Shown here piece after piece: positions 1-14,644 of a stretch of DNA of 64,000 nt. The stretch covers positions 21,073,701-21,137,700 of the forward strand of contig NC_068988.1 of the NCBI RefSeq assembly GCF_001194135.2, read 5' to 3'. The translations under genes were made by a program, and so were the position numbers. The notes beneath the pieces were generated by a model. The model had not been told where the DNA came from. It worked only from the letters and a program-made list of their open reading frames with translations, and ran no database searches. This stretch comes from Octopus bimaculoides. Its lineage: Eukaryota. How positions within the stretch are numbered: position 1 is the first letter of the stretch; each line of letters opens with the position of its first letter.

Positions 1-2195
1 AACATCACCACCATCAATAGTAATGAAACAAGCTGAGGGAGCCTCTAAGAAGTGATTGAAACTGACTAGAATAGCAGCCAAATCTTAAAAAAAAAAAAAG
101 GGAAGGTCATATAGGATAAAGTAGTATTTAGACATCTTTCATCTTATATGTTTACACAATCAGTGCTGAGTTAGGGTAAATAACAACCTTAGCAGAAAAA
201 AAAAAAAATAAATAAAGAGTGTAAATAATGAAAAAAACCTGAAAATTAACAGCTTCACCTTTTGTTTGTTTCTAGGATTGCTTATGATTGATGTAGGTTT
301 GGTTAGTTTCCACATACTTGTCTCTGTCAATGAAAGGTTTGCTTTCAAGCATAGATACAAAGTTACACGTTTTTGTAACTGGAGTATATATAGTTGGTTA
401 GATTAGTTCTCAGTACTTGACTAGTTCTTACCATATTTCCTCATATGTAAGTCGCACTATGTACTAAAGTGGTGAGCTGGTAGGATTGTTACTGCGCCGG
501 GCGAAATGCTTAGCAGTATTTTGTCCGTCTTTATGTTCTGAGTTCAAATTCCGCTGAGGTCGACTTTGCCTTTCATATTTTCGGAGTCTATAAAATAAGT
601 ACCACTTAAATGCTGAAGTTGATGTAAGTGACTTGCCGACTCCGCAGAAGCTGCTGGCCTTGTGCCAAAATTTGAAAGCAATAATTGATTTTAACTGAAC
701 GAACTGGGGGGTGTGACTTGTACAAGGAGCAAATCTAAAACTTTGATAGAAAAATATTTGGTACCAAGATTTAACATTCAATTAGGAGTGCGACAGATAC
801 ACGAGTAAATACTGTATTTTATAGGTTCCAGAAGATGAAGGGCAAAACTGGTCCCTAGCAAGATTTGAATTCAGAATGAAAAGGGATGATTTCTACCACA
901 AGCAGAATGTCACAACATTTTGTGAGAGAGGAGGATATAGTTGGTTAAATCCTTTTTGGGGCTTATCTGATATTTATTTTAACTGACACCATAAGGATGA
1001 AAGGCAAAGCTAACCCAGAACACATAAAGGAACATCATTGTACTCCCTTCATCCTGTCCTCCCCTCTACTTATTTAACGAAGTGCAGTTGTTTGTTGTTA
1101 TTGTGACAGGGTATAACTTGAGGGAATTTTGGCTGCTGTTTCTAGCAGTTCAAGCAACTGCATAGAGGCTCTCTTATTTGTGTGTATAGTTTTTGTTGTT
1201 TGGCTTGAACAATTGTTGTCTTTTAGCTCTGATCAAGCAAATGTGCGATCAGCTTGAACAATTATTGTTTCAGTGGTTGATTGACTTAACTCTTGTATGT
1301 TTAACAGATTCAACATCGTCAACATCATCATCATCTTCTCCACGTCTTATTTCAAGAACTTGTAACAAACTTGGTTCTCTTTCTTTTTTTGGTGTCTCTC
1401 ACATTTGGTTGGCTGGTTTGTTGGTTGGTCGATCTTTCTATCTTCTTCCATTTTTTTTTGCTTTCTTTTTTCATGTTTTCCTCACATTTCATCATCGTCT
1501 TTCTCTTCCTTTCCCTACCCCCACCACCATCTATCTTTTGTTTCCTCTCTCTCTCTCTCTGTTTTTCCCCTCTCTTTCCCTTTCTCTCGTTTTCTTTGTC
1601 TTCCTCATTCTCCTATCTCTTTTGTATCTTTTTCTTTCCATCTTTTCTTTTTACAAACCTATTTTAAATATTTCACTTCAAGAGTGAACACACACATACA
1701 CATACATGTGTGTGTATATGTGTCTGTCTAGTTTTTGCCCCGCCTTCACTTGCTCCATAAATAATCTGTAAATATTGGCAGCTGTATCTTCTTTGGCACC
1801 ATTCTATCTATGCAACTAACTAAAGGAAGCTCAGCAGATGAGTTCTATAGAATTACCTGACATATGGTTCTTAGCTTACAAACGAGTGAAATCAACACAA
1901 AACTGCAGATGGGTCCACTATTCGCCCGCTTCATGTGGCTCCCAACCAGATTGCTGTGTGTGAACTTCAGTACCCTCAATTTTAAGGTTTTCATATGGTT
2001 CCCATTTAAAATCTAATTTTATCAAACATTGGTGTTGTTTATCAAGGTAATTTTCTGTTATTCTTTCTTTAAATTCTTTGGTTTCAGCATCTTGAGAATC
2101 TCTAAAAAAGAATTATTGCTTAATTAGAGTAAACACTTTTATGTTTTCCCATCTATTTAATTGTTGTTGTTGTTGTTATTATTATTACTACTATT

Positions 2196-2854
2196 AAGGC
2201 GGCGAGCTGGCAGAGTCGTTAACCAGGCGAAATGCTTTGTGGCATTTCATCTGTCCTTACATTCTGAGTTCAAATATCGCTGAGGGCGGTTTTGCATGTC
2301 ACCCTTTGAGGGCCAATAAATTAAGTACCAGTGAAACACTGTGGTCGATGTAATCGACTAGTCCCCTCCTCCAAAATTTCAGGCCTTGTGCCTTTAGTAG
2401 AAAGGATTATTATTAACATTATTATTATTATTATTCTTGTTGTTATTATTTAAGATGTCGCACAGTATCCAATATCGTGAGGTTGTTGATTGAAGATATT
2501 GTGTGTACGGGGGATTTGTACTCTGTTAAGTCACAACAAGGACTTCAGACAGTACTTTACACAATGTGTGTACAACTCTAAGTAATGCTGATTCTTGCAA
2601 TACACTTATATTCTAGGGTACTTCTAAAGTTCCGAGATATTTTCTCATGTTGGGTGGTATTGAACCAAATGCCCCAATGACAATAGGGACACCACCTTTA
2701 TGTTTGACTCTCGAAGCTGCCACATCTTCGCGATCTCAATTCTCAGGTCTCCATATTTATCAGTGTTTTCTGTTTCTTTCATGATAATATGTTGATCTCC
2801 TACCACTGCCACATCGATTATTAGGCACTCTTGTTTGTCCCTCCTAAAGGTTAC

Positions 2855-2887
<33 letters not shown>

Positions 2888-3560
2888 GGCAGCATAGCTG
2901 GCAGAATCATTAGCACACCAGACAAGATGTTTAGTAGCTTATCATCTGCCTTTACATTCTGAGTTCAAATTCTGCTGAGGTCGACTTTGCCTTTCATCCT
3001 CTCAGGGTCAATAAAATAAGTACCAATTGAAGATTAGGGTCAATGTGATCGGTTTTTCTCGTCCCCAAACTTGCTGGCCTTTTGTCATCATTATTACTGT
3101 TATTATTAAGGTAACAAGCTGGCAGAATCGTTAGTATGCCAGGTAAAATGCTTCGTGGCATTTTGTCCATCTTTACGTTCTGGTTTCAAATTCTGTCTTG
3201 GGTAACTTTGCCTTTCATCTTTTTGTGATCAGTAAAACAAATACCAGTTGAGTACTGGGGTTGATGTAATCGACTAAGCCCTCCCGCAAAATTTAAGGCC
3301 TTGTGCCTATATTAGAAAGGATTATTATTATTAACCTGGCAGAATCGTTAGCGCGCTGGACAAAAGGCTTAGCGGTATTCCACGCGTTGCTACATTCTTA
3401 GTTCAAATTCTGCCAAGGTCAACTTTACCTTTCACCCTTTAGGGGTCAATAAAATAAGTATCAGTTAAACACTGGAGTTGATATAATTGACTCATCCTCT
3501 CCCCCAAAATTGCTACCCTTGTGGCAAAATTTGAAGCCATTATTATTATTATTATTATTT
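2196..3560 (+). mobile_element. Cluster of four tRNA-head SINEs, family A, (ATT)n tail; others at about 471-690, 17090-17290, 23150-23345(-), 26410-26600(-), 28958-29195, 45720-46110
   Basis: gagctggcagaatcgttagc...gagttcaaattc (B-box-like)...gtcgactttgcctttcatcc...ccttgtgcc + attattatt. Confidence 0.85.
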
Positions 3561-5948
3561 GCTTTTTACAAAATATTAATTAGCCACTAATACCTCTATG
3601 TTACTTTCTTAACAAATTTTCTCATCTCAAAGTTTTTGATTTGTATGTGTTGTTGCATTTATAGATCTGTTTTAAATTTACTTTTATCTTCATGATGTTA
3701 TTGTTGTGGTTCTTTAACACCAGGTGTCACCTCTTATCAAGCAGACCCAGGATGACAGCCTCACCAACTGTGGTCGTCATTATCCAAAGTCTCTTTCCCA
3801 TTTTTTTAAGATGATAGAGTAAGATTTTCAAGGTATTTAGCTGCTATTTTTATCAGACCAAGTGATCTCATAAAAGGTATTTTTACAGATATTTTTTTAA
3901 TGGTATTTGGCTGCTGTTTCTAGCAGATCAACAGACTGAACAGAGGCTCCCTCATTTGCTCATTGTTTTTGAAGTTTCATCCTGTTAACGTCAGGATATC
4001 TACGATAATATAATAGAATATTGTTTCTATCATATTATCTGTGTCTATATATTGTCTTGTTTCTGTATATTGAATGTTTACTTACTTCTAACAGACAAAG
4101 ACCAATGTCTAGAGCCAGTTAGACCTCAATAATTGCTTTAACCCTTTTGATACTAACCTGCTCAATACTGGCCCTATTTCAGTGTTAGTGATCCACTCAA
4201 ATTGACTAGGATTAAAGGGTTTTTATTTGAATAGAAATATCAACCAAAATTTTATTTATATGAGTGGCAACAGATATATGAATAGTTAAAGGATCTATCC
4301 CAGTTTTTTTTCCATGTAAGGGCTATTGTTATTGTCATTTAGTCCCAGATCAACCATGCCCTTCTCATCAAAAATGTTCCATCTAGGATCTTACATATTT
4401 TTTTTTTGTGTGCGTGTGTGTGAACATAGTATATCTGGCACTACATTATTAAATGTATCCTTTTTGTTTTTAAAGAGATAGAGTGTGTTATTGAAGGAGA
4501 TTTAGTTGCTATTTCTAACATGCCAAGTAACTGAATAGAATCTCTCTCACCGGTTCTCATATAAGAACCTTTTCATAAATTGTTCTTGACAGCAGCTTTG
4601 TTTAACCAGTAAATAAAAACATTGTTACTGTTTATTTTACTAAAAATCTTTAATTACTTAGTTATTTTGAAAATTAATTGAAACTAAAGAAGCAGTTTAT
4701 TCTTGTTAAAATCAGTTACAAAATGATTGAAACTGGACTGTTGACCACTAGGATGAATGTCAATTTTTTTCCCCCATCATAACGTTTTAGTGAAGGTAAC
4801 ACTTCCATATCATGGTTTGTAGCTTATGTTGTATGGAACCAAACACTGACTTTATCTATTGCGTCCATCATTCACTGCATTCACTTCTATGTCCTTCTCT
4901 ATCCATATGTCACTTTTCTTTCACACTCTCACAATCTTGCGTACCCATTCAACCTACCCAGTCCTCTGGACCACTTCTCTAATGTTCATCTTCCTGACAT
5001 CTCTTCACCACTATCTTCTGTCTTTTTCAACTGGGGTATCCATGTATCTCCTCTTCTGCAAGATGCCAATATATTTCTTAACCTCCCCCAATAGTTGAGA
5101 GGAATTGTCTTGCAACTGGCTTGGTGAGTTCACTGGAGCTGGTGCCTCATAAAAAGCATCTAGTACATTCTTTGAAGTAATCGACTTTAGGAAGGTCATC
5201 CGGCTGTAGAAACCATGCCAGAGCAGACATAAGAGCTTGATACAGTCTTCTGGTTTTGTCAAACCATCTAATCCATGCTAATTTGGAAAACGGTCGTTAA
5301 ATGATGATGATAATCATCATCATCATCACCACCATTTAACGTCCATCTTCCATGCATGCATAGGTAGGGTGGTTGACAGGAGCTGGCCAGATAGGAGACT
5401 CTCCCAGGCTACTGTGTCTGTTTTGGTCAGATTTTTATGGCTGGATGCCCTTCCTAACACCAACCATCCCACAGAATGGACCGAGTGCTTTTTACATGGC
5501 ACCAGCACAGACAAGGTCAGTTTTAGCATAATTTTTACTGCTGGATGCTCTCCTAAATGCCAACCACCTTTACAGTGTGGACCGGATGCTTTTTATGTGA
5601 CAGGGTCACCAAGTAACTTGCAAGACAAGGAATTTTGAGAGGGGAGGGGGCATTGGAGGAGGGGATCTTGTGTCAGATGACGATAGTATGATGTAATTTG
5701 TGAACAAAAGTACCACTGGTTATGAACTAATTACTCGTTCGCTACATTTCTCATGCTGAACGTGACAAAGAAGTGCTTAACTCAATGCAGAACAAACTTA
5801 TCAGGAAACTCCTTTCAGAAAGCACCATTATTTTGCTTTTGTTACCAATTTTATATCTTTTGCTGATATACATTCGCAAAAGATATATTCAGACACGTAT
5901 ATTCAGATTCCATCTACCATAATAATTTATATGAATGTTATTTTAGAT

Positions 5949-6272
5949 CATAGGTTCTCAAAGTGGGCACTGCCACCCCCTGGTGGGTGTTGAGACGGTT
6001 CAGGTGGGTGCTGGAGCCTAAAGGGGAAGAGTAGAGAAAAAGGAGGCGTTGGGATGAAGGTAGTGGTTTGGGGATGCTATGAATTTATTATAATATTATT
6101 ATAGTATTGTATACAAATTATATAATATTATATTAAATATCAAATGATTCATAGTGTATATAAATTAGTAAAATATCAAATATTTATTTATACATAAAAA
6201 TAAGGGTGGGGGCGCTGAGGGTATTATGTGGCTATGAGTGGGGCAGTGGCCCAAAAAGTTTGAAAACCTCTG
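5949..6272. mobile_element. hAT (Charlie-like) MITE
   Basis: TIR CATAGGTTCTCAAAGT / CAGAGGTTTTCAAACT; perfect 8-bp TSD TTTTAGAT (5941-5948, 6273-6280). Confidence 0.85.
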
Positions 6273-7120
6273 TTTTAGATTACACAACCTTCAAATGGCC
6301 TGCTCAGTGTCCATTTGGAGAAGCCTACCAGTATAAAATGGTTTTATTTTGATTCTCTTCTCTTAGAACACAGATGTAGTTTAAGGTCAAAACTACTGCC
6401 CCCAATAGTTAAATCTGTGTTAACCTATTTAGCACAGGAAGCATTAAAAAGCTGTGGGTGACGAAAAAGAAACACTATTAGTCAAGGATTAATATTATTT
6501 AAATTATTTCCGCAAGTGTAGGAGATAGTTCTGGACTTGTTTCTGTGTCATATGACCTCATCAGCAAAGCATCGACTTTCACTTACTTGCCAAAATATTT
6601 CACGTATCCCGACTACTGTTCCTTACCACTACCTCCTCCTTACACTTCCCTCTTCCCCCTGTATCCACCTTAATCCTCATCTCTGATCATCTGTGAAGGC
6701 ATGTGGCTTAGTCGTTAGGGTATTCAGCTCATGGTCATAAGGTCATGAGTTCAATTCTCAGTGGCACATTGTGTCCTTGAGCAAGACACTTTATTTCATG
6801 TTGCTCCAGTTCACTCAGCTGGCAAAAATGAGTTGTACCTGTATTTCGAATGGCCAGCCTTGGTGCATTTTTGTGTTACACTGAATCTTTGTGAGAACTA
6901 CATTAAGGGTACACATGTCTGTGGAGTGCTCAACCACTTACACATTAATTTTGCAAGCTGGCTGTTCCATTTATTGTATCAACTGGAACCTTCATCGTTG
7001 TAACCAACAGTTATATGATCATGTCACACTCTAGTGCATTTACCTACCCATCCAACTTACCTGTTCCTCTCTATTCTCTTTCTCATATTCACCTTCTACC
7101 TCGAAGGTACACTCTCACTT

Positions 7121-7530
7121 CCCTCTCTCTCTCTCTCTCTCCCCTTCTCTCTCTCTCCCCTTCTCTCTCTCTCCCCTTCTCTCTCTCTCCCCTTCTCTCT
7201 CTCTCCCCTTCTCTNNNNNNNNNNNNNNNNNNNNNNNNNNNNNNNNNNNNNNNNNNNNNNNNNNNNNNNNNNNNNNNNNNNNNNNNNNNNNNNNNNNNNN
7301 NNNNNNNNNNNNNNNNNNNNNNNNNNNNNNNNNNNNNNNNNNNNNNNNNNNNNNNNNNNNNNNNNNNNNNNNNNNNNNNNNNNNNNNNNNNNNNNNNNNN
7401 NNNNNNNNNNNNNNNNNNNNNNNNNNNNNNNNNNNNNNNNNNNNNNNNNNNNNNNNNNNNNNNNNNNNNNNNNNNNNNNNNNNNNNNNNNNNNNNTCTCT
7501 CTCTCCCCTTCTCTCTCTTTCCCTCTCTCT
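7121..7530. repeat. CT-rich minisatellite (ccccttctctctctct)n spanning gap 7215-7495
   Basis: Direct reading of the sequence. Confidence 0.9.
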
Positions 7531-10500
7531 CACTAGCTGAGGAAGCTATGTATTCACTTCTTCAGCAAGACACCTATTCCTATCCTTCTATCATACTTTC
7601 ACATCCCTCATTACTACACCCCTCTCAACTGAGGAGGGGAGTCGTGTCTTGTGAGTACTTGGTGACCTCACTTGTGCAGGCGCCACATGAAAAGCACTCA
7701 GTGCACTTTGTAAAGTGGTTGGTGTTAGGAAGGACATCCAGGTGTAGAAACCATGGCAAAACAGACATTGGAGCTCATCATAGCCCTCTGTTGTATCGTC
7801 CAAGCCATGCTAGCATGAAACACGGGGCATTAAATGCTGCTACTGAAGTATCATGAAATAAACGTACGATATTGTACAATGATTAACATAAAAATATATA
7901 GAATTGTGTGGAGAATAATTCAGATATGCTATGAACATAAAAAATAGTACTTAATTTATTGTTAAAATTTTTATGCTGCACACATTAAATATATTTACAA
8001 TAACTTAACCATTTCTTTTTTCATGCAGATTGTGTTGCTAAGTTACTGTTCTTAATGAATGACGATTTCTCTCAACTGTACAAAACAACTTAGTTACCAT
8101 TTATTTCTAATTACCATTTCTTAATTGACCACAAATATCTAATGAATAGTTGAATGTTAATTTGTTTCTTATGAAAGCTTTCAGAGTTAGGACTTCCAAC
8201 GTAATTTCTGTCGCAATAATGAAAGTGCTGTCCTCTCAGATGTTTCACTATAAAATTTGATTGGTATAACTGTTGTAGTCATTGTGTCAGCAATTAACTG
8301 TTCCAGAATACTGCTTACAATAACAATAAAGCCTCCAAGAAATTGTTGTTTTGTTTAAAATACTTTTGTTCTTGTTGGCTTACATTAGAATCTTAATGTC
8401 TGAATGGATAAAGAACCAATCCAGCAAGTTCAAATTCTGTCAAGATTGACTTTGCCTTTCATCCTTTCGGGGTCAATAAATTAAGTACCAGTGAAACACT
8501 GGGCTCAATATAATCAGCTAGTCCCCCTCTCCTCAAATTTCAGGCCTTTAGAAGAAAGGAATTGGTCCAGCAATTGGAAGGTGAGGTATTTGAGTGACAT
8601 TTGACCATAGGCAGTGCAATTTCTAACCTTGGTTTACATAACAAAAATTATTTATAAAGCATGAGAAATAGTTCACTAATGGTTTTTACTAGTTAATTGA
8701 TATGTTGCTAGTTAACTGACAATTCTGGGTTCAGATACAGGGTCTATCATAGCTTTAACTAAGCTCCATTATAGGTTGTTGCTGAGTCCCATGTCAGCTC
8801 TTATTTACCAAACTTACAATCAAAATTATACCAGTCATGACCATCCTGTCTTTCCAACATGTCTATGGGATGTTACCCAGTATGTCCTATCAGTTTTTTT
8901 TTTTTTTCTTTAGCTAGTAATCTATGATTATAAAGACATCTGTCTGATATTTCCAGTAACTTCAGTGACCGTATAGATGATTCCTCATTTTGATCAAATT
9001 CCACTATTGATTCTAGTGTTGTAGAAATATTTTCTGATTGTTGTGAGCAGTGTCTACTTGAAATAGAGAACTACATGTGGGTATTATGAGTAGAAGCCTT
9101 GCTCCATGTTTAAAGCATCCAGATAATATACCAAGATCTGTCAGTTGGAAAGTTAACCCATGAATAAAAATAACTATTACTTATATAAGCACCAAGATCT
9201 TTATGTATTTAGAGATAAAGGGACATAATACTATGATGTTCATGTCTTTTCGAGAGATTTATTGGTACACACAAATAAAACTAGTTTGTTCTACTCAGGA
9301 ATGAAATGTGAGTGTACTTTAATTTCACAATGCCTGTCATAATGCATGGGTGATTAATGAAAGATAAAAATAGATAGAACCTGTTCTCAGGTTCATTCTG
9401 ATATACCCTATAGAAGAAACTATTGAATGAGGAAATGAGTATTAAATTGGATTGTAGGAGTTCCCATTAACTTGGATTCCTCTGAGATTGTTTTTTGTCA
9501 TGAGTCTGAAATGGCCAGCTCATTCACTGGAAAAATAATTAGAGCTTTGCTTGAACCTAGCTGGCCGTTACAAAAGGTATGGAATATTGAATGGTAGAGG
9601 AAATGGTTGTAAGATGTATGATGGTATAATGTGACCACAAATTGACTTTAGTTCTCGGCTGTAAGCTACAACACTTTTTGCCACTTGTTTTCTTGACAGA
9701 AAGATATGAACAACACAAATCTTGAGTCCTTGCAAACTGCATAAAAGTTATTTCCGACTGTTTTATCATGGTTAAGATGTTAGGAAGCAATTCATGATAT
9801 CAATGATGCTGATGAGAACATCGTCTTTCTCTTCTAAGTATCCATCCATCCTTCCACCCATTTATCCACTGAATCAATCAATCAGTCACACTAGTTGGAG
9901 CTAACAGAAATCTAATATACAGATGCATAAATTTGCCTTTTGTCTTTGTGAGGTTGATGAAATAAAGTCCCTCCAAATCCAGGGCAGTGGATAAGTGGAA
10001 TTGTTAGATAGGATGCCTCATGGAATTTATTCTGAGTTTTTAGTTTAATCCATCTGTGAATTTAATATTACCACTTTGGGTCCTTTTATATGCCTTTAGC
10101 AAAGTTCTTTCCACTACAAGAATTTGGGCCAGATGTTCAGTTTGATGATAGTTGACTACCTTTCATCCTCCTTATCTTGGAGGCCCTAAAAAAAAAAAAA
10201 ATTAAATAAAGGCTTCAGAGCTGTTGTCCTTTTCCTGACTAAATGATAAATAAGAACAAAAGGAGAAACTGAATAATTTTTCTTCTTAACTATTAATTTC
10301 TTTCCTTCCATGTTGGTTTTTGTTGTTGCAATTAGTGACTACCTAACAATACTTTGTTTGATGTGTTGTTGTTGCTGTTATTGTAGTCTTCTGCTGTTTT
10401 ATAATTCCCAACATGAGCAGTGCTTATTTGTTTTTTGTTCATATTTAAATGCTTACATCTGTTGAGTGACTCTGGAAAAAATAGTAAATTTGCATGAATA

Positions 10501-10811
10501 ATTGTTGGAAGTAATGCACTTACTTCATACACCCATATTCAAATTCATAAAAAAAAAAAAAATTAAAAAAAGCCCTTTCCTAAACAGAGAAGTAGAGGTC
10601 ATTTTAGTTTCAGAAGAACATGCTGATGGAACAACTAATAGACTGGTATAGTGTTTCCCAAGGTGGATTCCATGAAAAAATTCTGGGGTTCTACGAGAAC
10701 CCTAGACTTTACTGAAATTTAATAAAAATTTATTTTGTAAGAAATTCATTTTCACCATTGTCAAAATAATGTTGTCACATGTCTTTTTATGTAAATAATT
10801 TTTCTCTTTAA

Positions 10812-11046
10812 CCCATTAAAATTTAAACCAATCATATCCAGCACAAATATTCTACTTGTTTTTTATGTTCAAATTGATCAGATCCAACCTTTTCCACCTA
10901 CCTTACAATGTCAGTCTAAAAGTACACAATCACACGATCACATCACCAAAATCTCAAAGTTACAAGATTACATAAGCTCAATTAATGCGAAACAATATGG
11001 ATAAATAAGCATTTACATTTGACAGAGTAACCTGAAGGCTAAAGGA
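10812..11046. mobile_element. TTAA-flanked (piggyBac-like) MITE
   Basis: TTAA|CCC...GCTAAAGGA|TTAA; homologous copy at about 37106-37325. Confidence 0.7.
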
Positions 11047-12340
11047 TTAAAGCAATTATTAAAATTAGAGTTAATAGCGTTTTCCATAAAATACAGGTAT
11101 GGTTTTTCCATAATTTTTGGAACATTGTGAAATGGTACCTTGTGGAAACAGCTTGGGAATTCATAGTCCATTAGGTACTTCCAGCAGAAAGAGTAGATGG
11201 AGAATGCCCATCTGATTATTAGCTCTTCCATCTGCTGCTTCTACTGTAGCTAAAATGACCTCTACTGCCATGAGTTTATCAATTTCACCTTAAACAGAAT
11301 CAATACATTGATCACTTATGTCACTCCATAGTGAACACTCTTCAATCCTAGCTTTCCAGGAATTGAATATTTCTGGATTTTTTTTTTTTTTGCTTGTTTT
11401 TCACCTATATTTTTAATTTAATATCAACTAAATTGACTATTTGGTTATTGCGATGATGGCTCTCATACCCTCACTGCCACCACCACCACCACCACCACCA
11501 CCACCACCACAATCACCTGAAGCACCTCAGAAGGCCACGCTCACTGGTTGTTTTGATTTCCATTGTATCGAGTGGCTGAGTGATTAATTTCCTTAACCCC
11601 AAACATACATTGCCAATCTTTTGCAGGTTAACCTTCTCCCAAATGGATTGGAGCCTTTTTCTTTCTTTCTTTTTTTTTCTTAAATAAGGTAAGGAAAATT
11701 GATTGAGGGCCTTGTTGGAGGAGTCAGTGTAATATTTATAACAAAATAAGTTAAAATTCTGTGGACCTAGTATCTTCGATGTATATTCTTTGGTCAGTAC
11801 CTTTTGAAGACATTGTGTGAGGCATGGACCAACAAGAAATCAAGCGACAAGATGGTCAAGGTTAGATTTATCATAGATCTGTTCAGTTAGGACTGATCAG
11901 GTGCTTAATCAACAGTGGCAGCATGAAGCTTTCATAAATAGGAGTGGGAAAACCCTGGTGCTAAAAGCTGGCACGAAAATGGTGAACATGATTTATTTTC
12001 CTTCTAGATGCTATCAGAGAAATTACTTGAAGCAAGAGACTATATACTATATCACTTGTCACTGTTTGTAAAAGAGGTCATCTAGTAATTAACTCTTCGC
12101 TTGCTGTCCATCAGTTAATTCACTCCCTTATCAACTGTTATCTTTAGCTACTTCCTACTGGCATTTTTTTTCTCATTAAGTCAAGCCAAGACAAGCCACA
12201 TTAGGTCAAGGCCTGCTGCAGTTATTTATACATAGTAGTTACTCTATTAACAAAATCTCATCACAATGATGTAAAGTCTTCCTTATTCAGTAAGTAATTT
12301 CACAAGCTACATAATGCTGCTTGCTTATTACATTTATACT

Positions 12341-12677
12341 GTGGAGGCGCAATGGCCCAGTGGTTAGGGCAGCTGACTCGCGGTCGTAGGATCGAAGTTT
12401 TGATTCCCAGACCGGGCGTTGTGAGTGTTTATTGAGCGAAAACACCTAAAGCTCCACATGGCTCCGGCAGGGGATGGTGGCGAACCCTGCTGTATTCTTT
12501 CACCACAACTTTCTCTCGTTCTTTCTTCCTGTTTCTGTTGTACCTATATTTCAAAGGGCCAGCCTTGTCACTCTGTCACGCTGAATCTCCCTGAGAACTA
12601 CGTTAAGGGTACACGTGTCTGTGGAGTGCTCAGCCACTTGCACGTTAATTTCACAAGCAGGCTGTTCCGTTGATCGG
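12341..12677 (+). mobile_element. SINE family D, 3'-truncated but with TSD
   Basis: 14-bp TSD ATTACATTTATACT (12327-12340, 12678-12691). Confidence 0.88.
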
Positions 12678-13368
12678 ATTACATTTATACTAAAAGGAAG
12701 TTTATACATACATTCTTATGTCTTTTGTATGACAGCAATGGGCTTATATGCCACACCTAGGATTCAAGTAAAATATGAAAAATTTGGTTCATTGCTCACA
12801 ACTATTCCAATCACATAAAAATGTGTTCGTGACTATTATAGGTGCGAGCATGGTTGTGTCATTAAGAAGTTTGCTTTGTAACCATGTTGTTTCAGGTTCA
12901 GTCTTACTATGCGGCACCTTGGAGCAAATGTCTTCTGCTGTAACCCTAGGCTGACTGATGACTTATGATGAGTGAATTTGGTAGACGGAAACTGTGTGGA
13001 AGCCTATCATATGGGGTAAAGAGTAAAGACCCTCCCCCCACCCCTTCAGTCATGAATGAACATAGGATTGCACCTAGAAAGTTCCCCACCGATGTACAGA
13101 TCCAGGCAAGGTTGTTTATGGAAGACCAGCAATCGCCCATGCAACCCAGCCTTACCCTCTCCATGCCACCAATGTTATCCAGGGGAAAGGCAAAGGCTGA
13201 TACAGCTTGGCACCAGTGATGTCACAACTCATTCCTACAGCTGAGTGAACTGGAGCAACCTGAAATAAAGTGTCTTGTTTAAGAACACAACTCAATCTGG
13301 TCCAGAAATTGAATTCACTACCTCATGATTGTGAACCCGACGTTTTAAGCACTGAGCCATGCATCTAT

Positions 13369-13400
<32 letters not shown>

Positions 13401-14644
13401 NNNNNNNNNNTTGAAAATGCAATTTTAAAGATGTTTATTCACTTAGGATGGTGTGTGTATATGTGTGCGCATTTAACATCCCCCACCAACACACACACAC
13501 ACACACACACAAATGTGCACACATATACACACACCATCCTACCAAATATAAAACACACACAGACCCATATACACAATAAACTCTTGGACCAATCAAAAAC
13601 GGCCCACACACACAAACACAAGTATATACACACACACACACACACACTCACACCATTCTGACCTCTAAGACCAGTCCCATAAACCACTGAACCATGACAG
13701 ACTAGCCCAGAAACAAAAAAAATCCTTTTAATTCCACATTGCTCTTCCTTCTCACCCCCAACCAACCTCTGGCACTGTCCCTTAAAATAGCAAACATTCC
13801 TTAGCTACACACAAGACAGAAAAATTTCTCCAATTTTTTGTTAATTCTTAAATATGTCTCCTTCTGTGTATATACATACTACCAAACAAACATGGTTTAT
13901 ATTGAACTCCTAATACTTTTTGTTGAATACTTTCTTAAATACTTTCTTGTAAACTGTTTTTAACATTTTCTTATTATTATCAAAGAATGTATAACTGTAT
14001 TTTAATACTTTTGTGACCACCAGTACTTAACACAACAAAGCTTATACAAAGCTAAGCATTTTACTTTTGATAATCTTTTTCTAAAAAAAGTGAAACCGGT
14101 CAAGTGAATAAACATCTTTAAAATTGCATTTTCACACCTTCTTTCATATATATTTCCACTTGTGCGGTATCTTACAACTTTACTTTGTTATATATATATA
14201 TAGATAGATAGATAGATAGATGTGCATGTGTGCGTTTATCCTCCCACTGCTCCCACCACTTGACAATTGCTGTTGACTTGTTTATATCCCTATAATTTAG
14301 CAGTTCAGCAAATGTGACTGATAGCATACGTACCAGGCTTTAAAAAAAAAAGGCTAAGTACTGGGGTCCATTTTTTTTTTTTNNNNNNNNNNCAAAACCA
14401 TTCAAGGTGGTGCTCCAACATGGCCACAGACCAATGACTGAAACAAGTAAAAGAAATGAAAGAAATCCAGTTCCCAAGATGCATTACTTGTTTTGTTGTT
14501 TTGTTTTGTTTTGTTTTTTTTTAACCAAAGGCATTCTTTTTAAGCCAGTCATTTACATTGAGTGATTAGTTTAGTGTGTCTCAAAGTTATTTTAGTGTAT
14601 TTATTTTTTTTTACATGTCTTTTACGCAGTTGCTGTGAAAGAGT

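Noticed and set aside
160-460. Minus-strand ORF (MWKLTKPTS...) and a 32-nt exon-like piece reading YIVRLTYEEI, resembling LRSAM1 exon 14 YIVRYEEI
   Set aside because: No recognisable protein, weak or ambiguous splice sites, and a match too short to exceed chance
1193-1731. Three overlapping long ORFs
   Set aside because: CT-rich low-complexity sequence giving F/L/S-rich translations
12345-12420. tRNA-like sequence with A and B boxes (also 35600, 56120)
   Set aside because: Head of a SINE; no closed acceptor stem and continues into the SINE body
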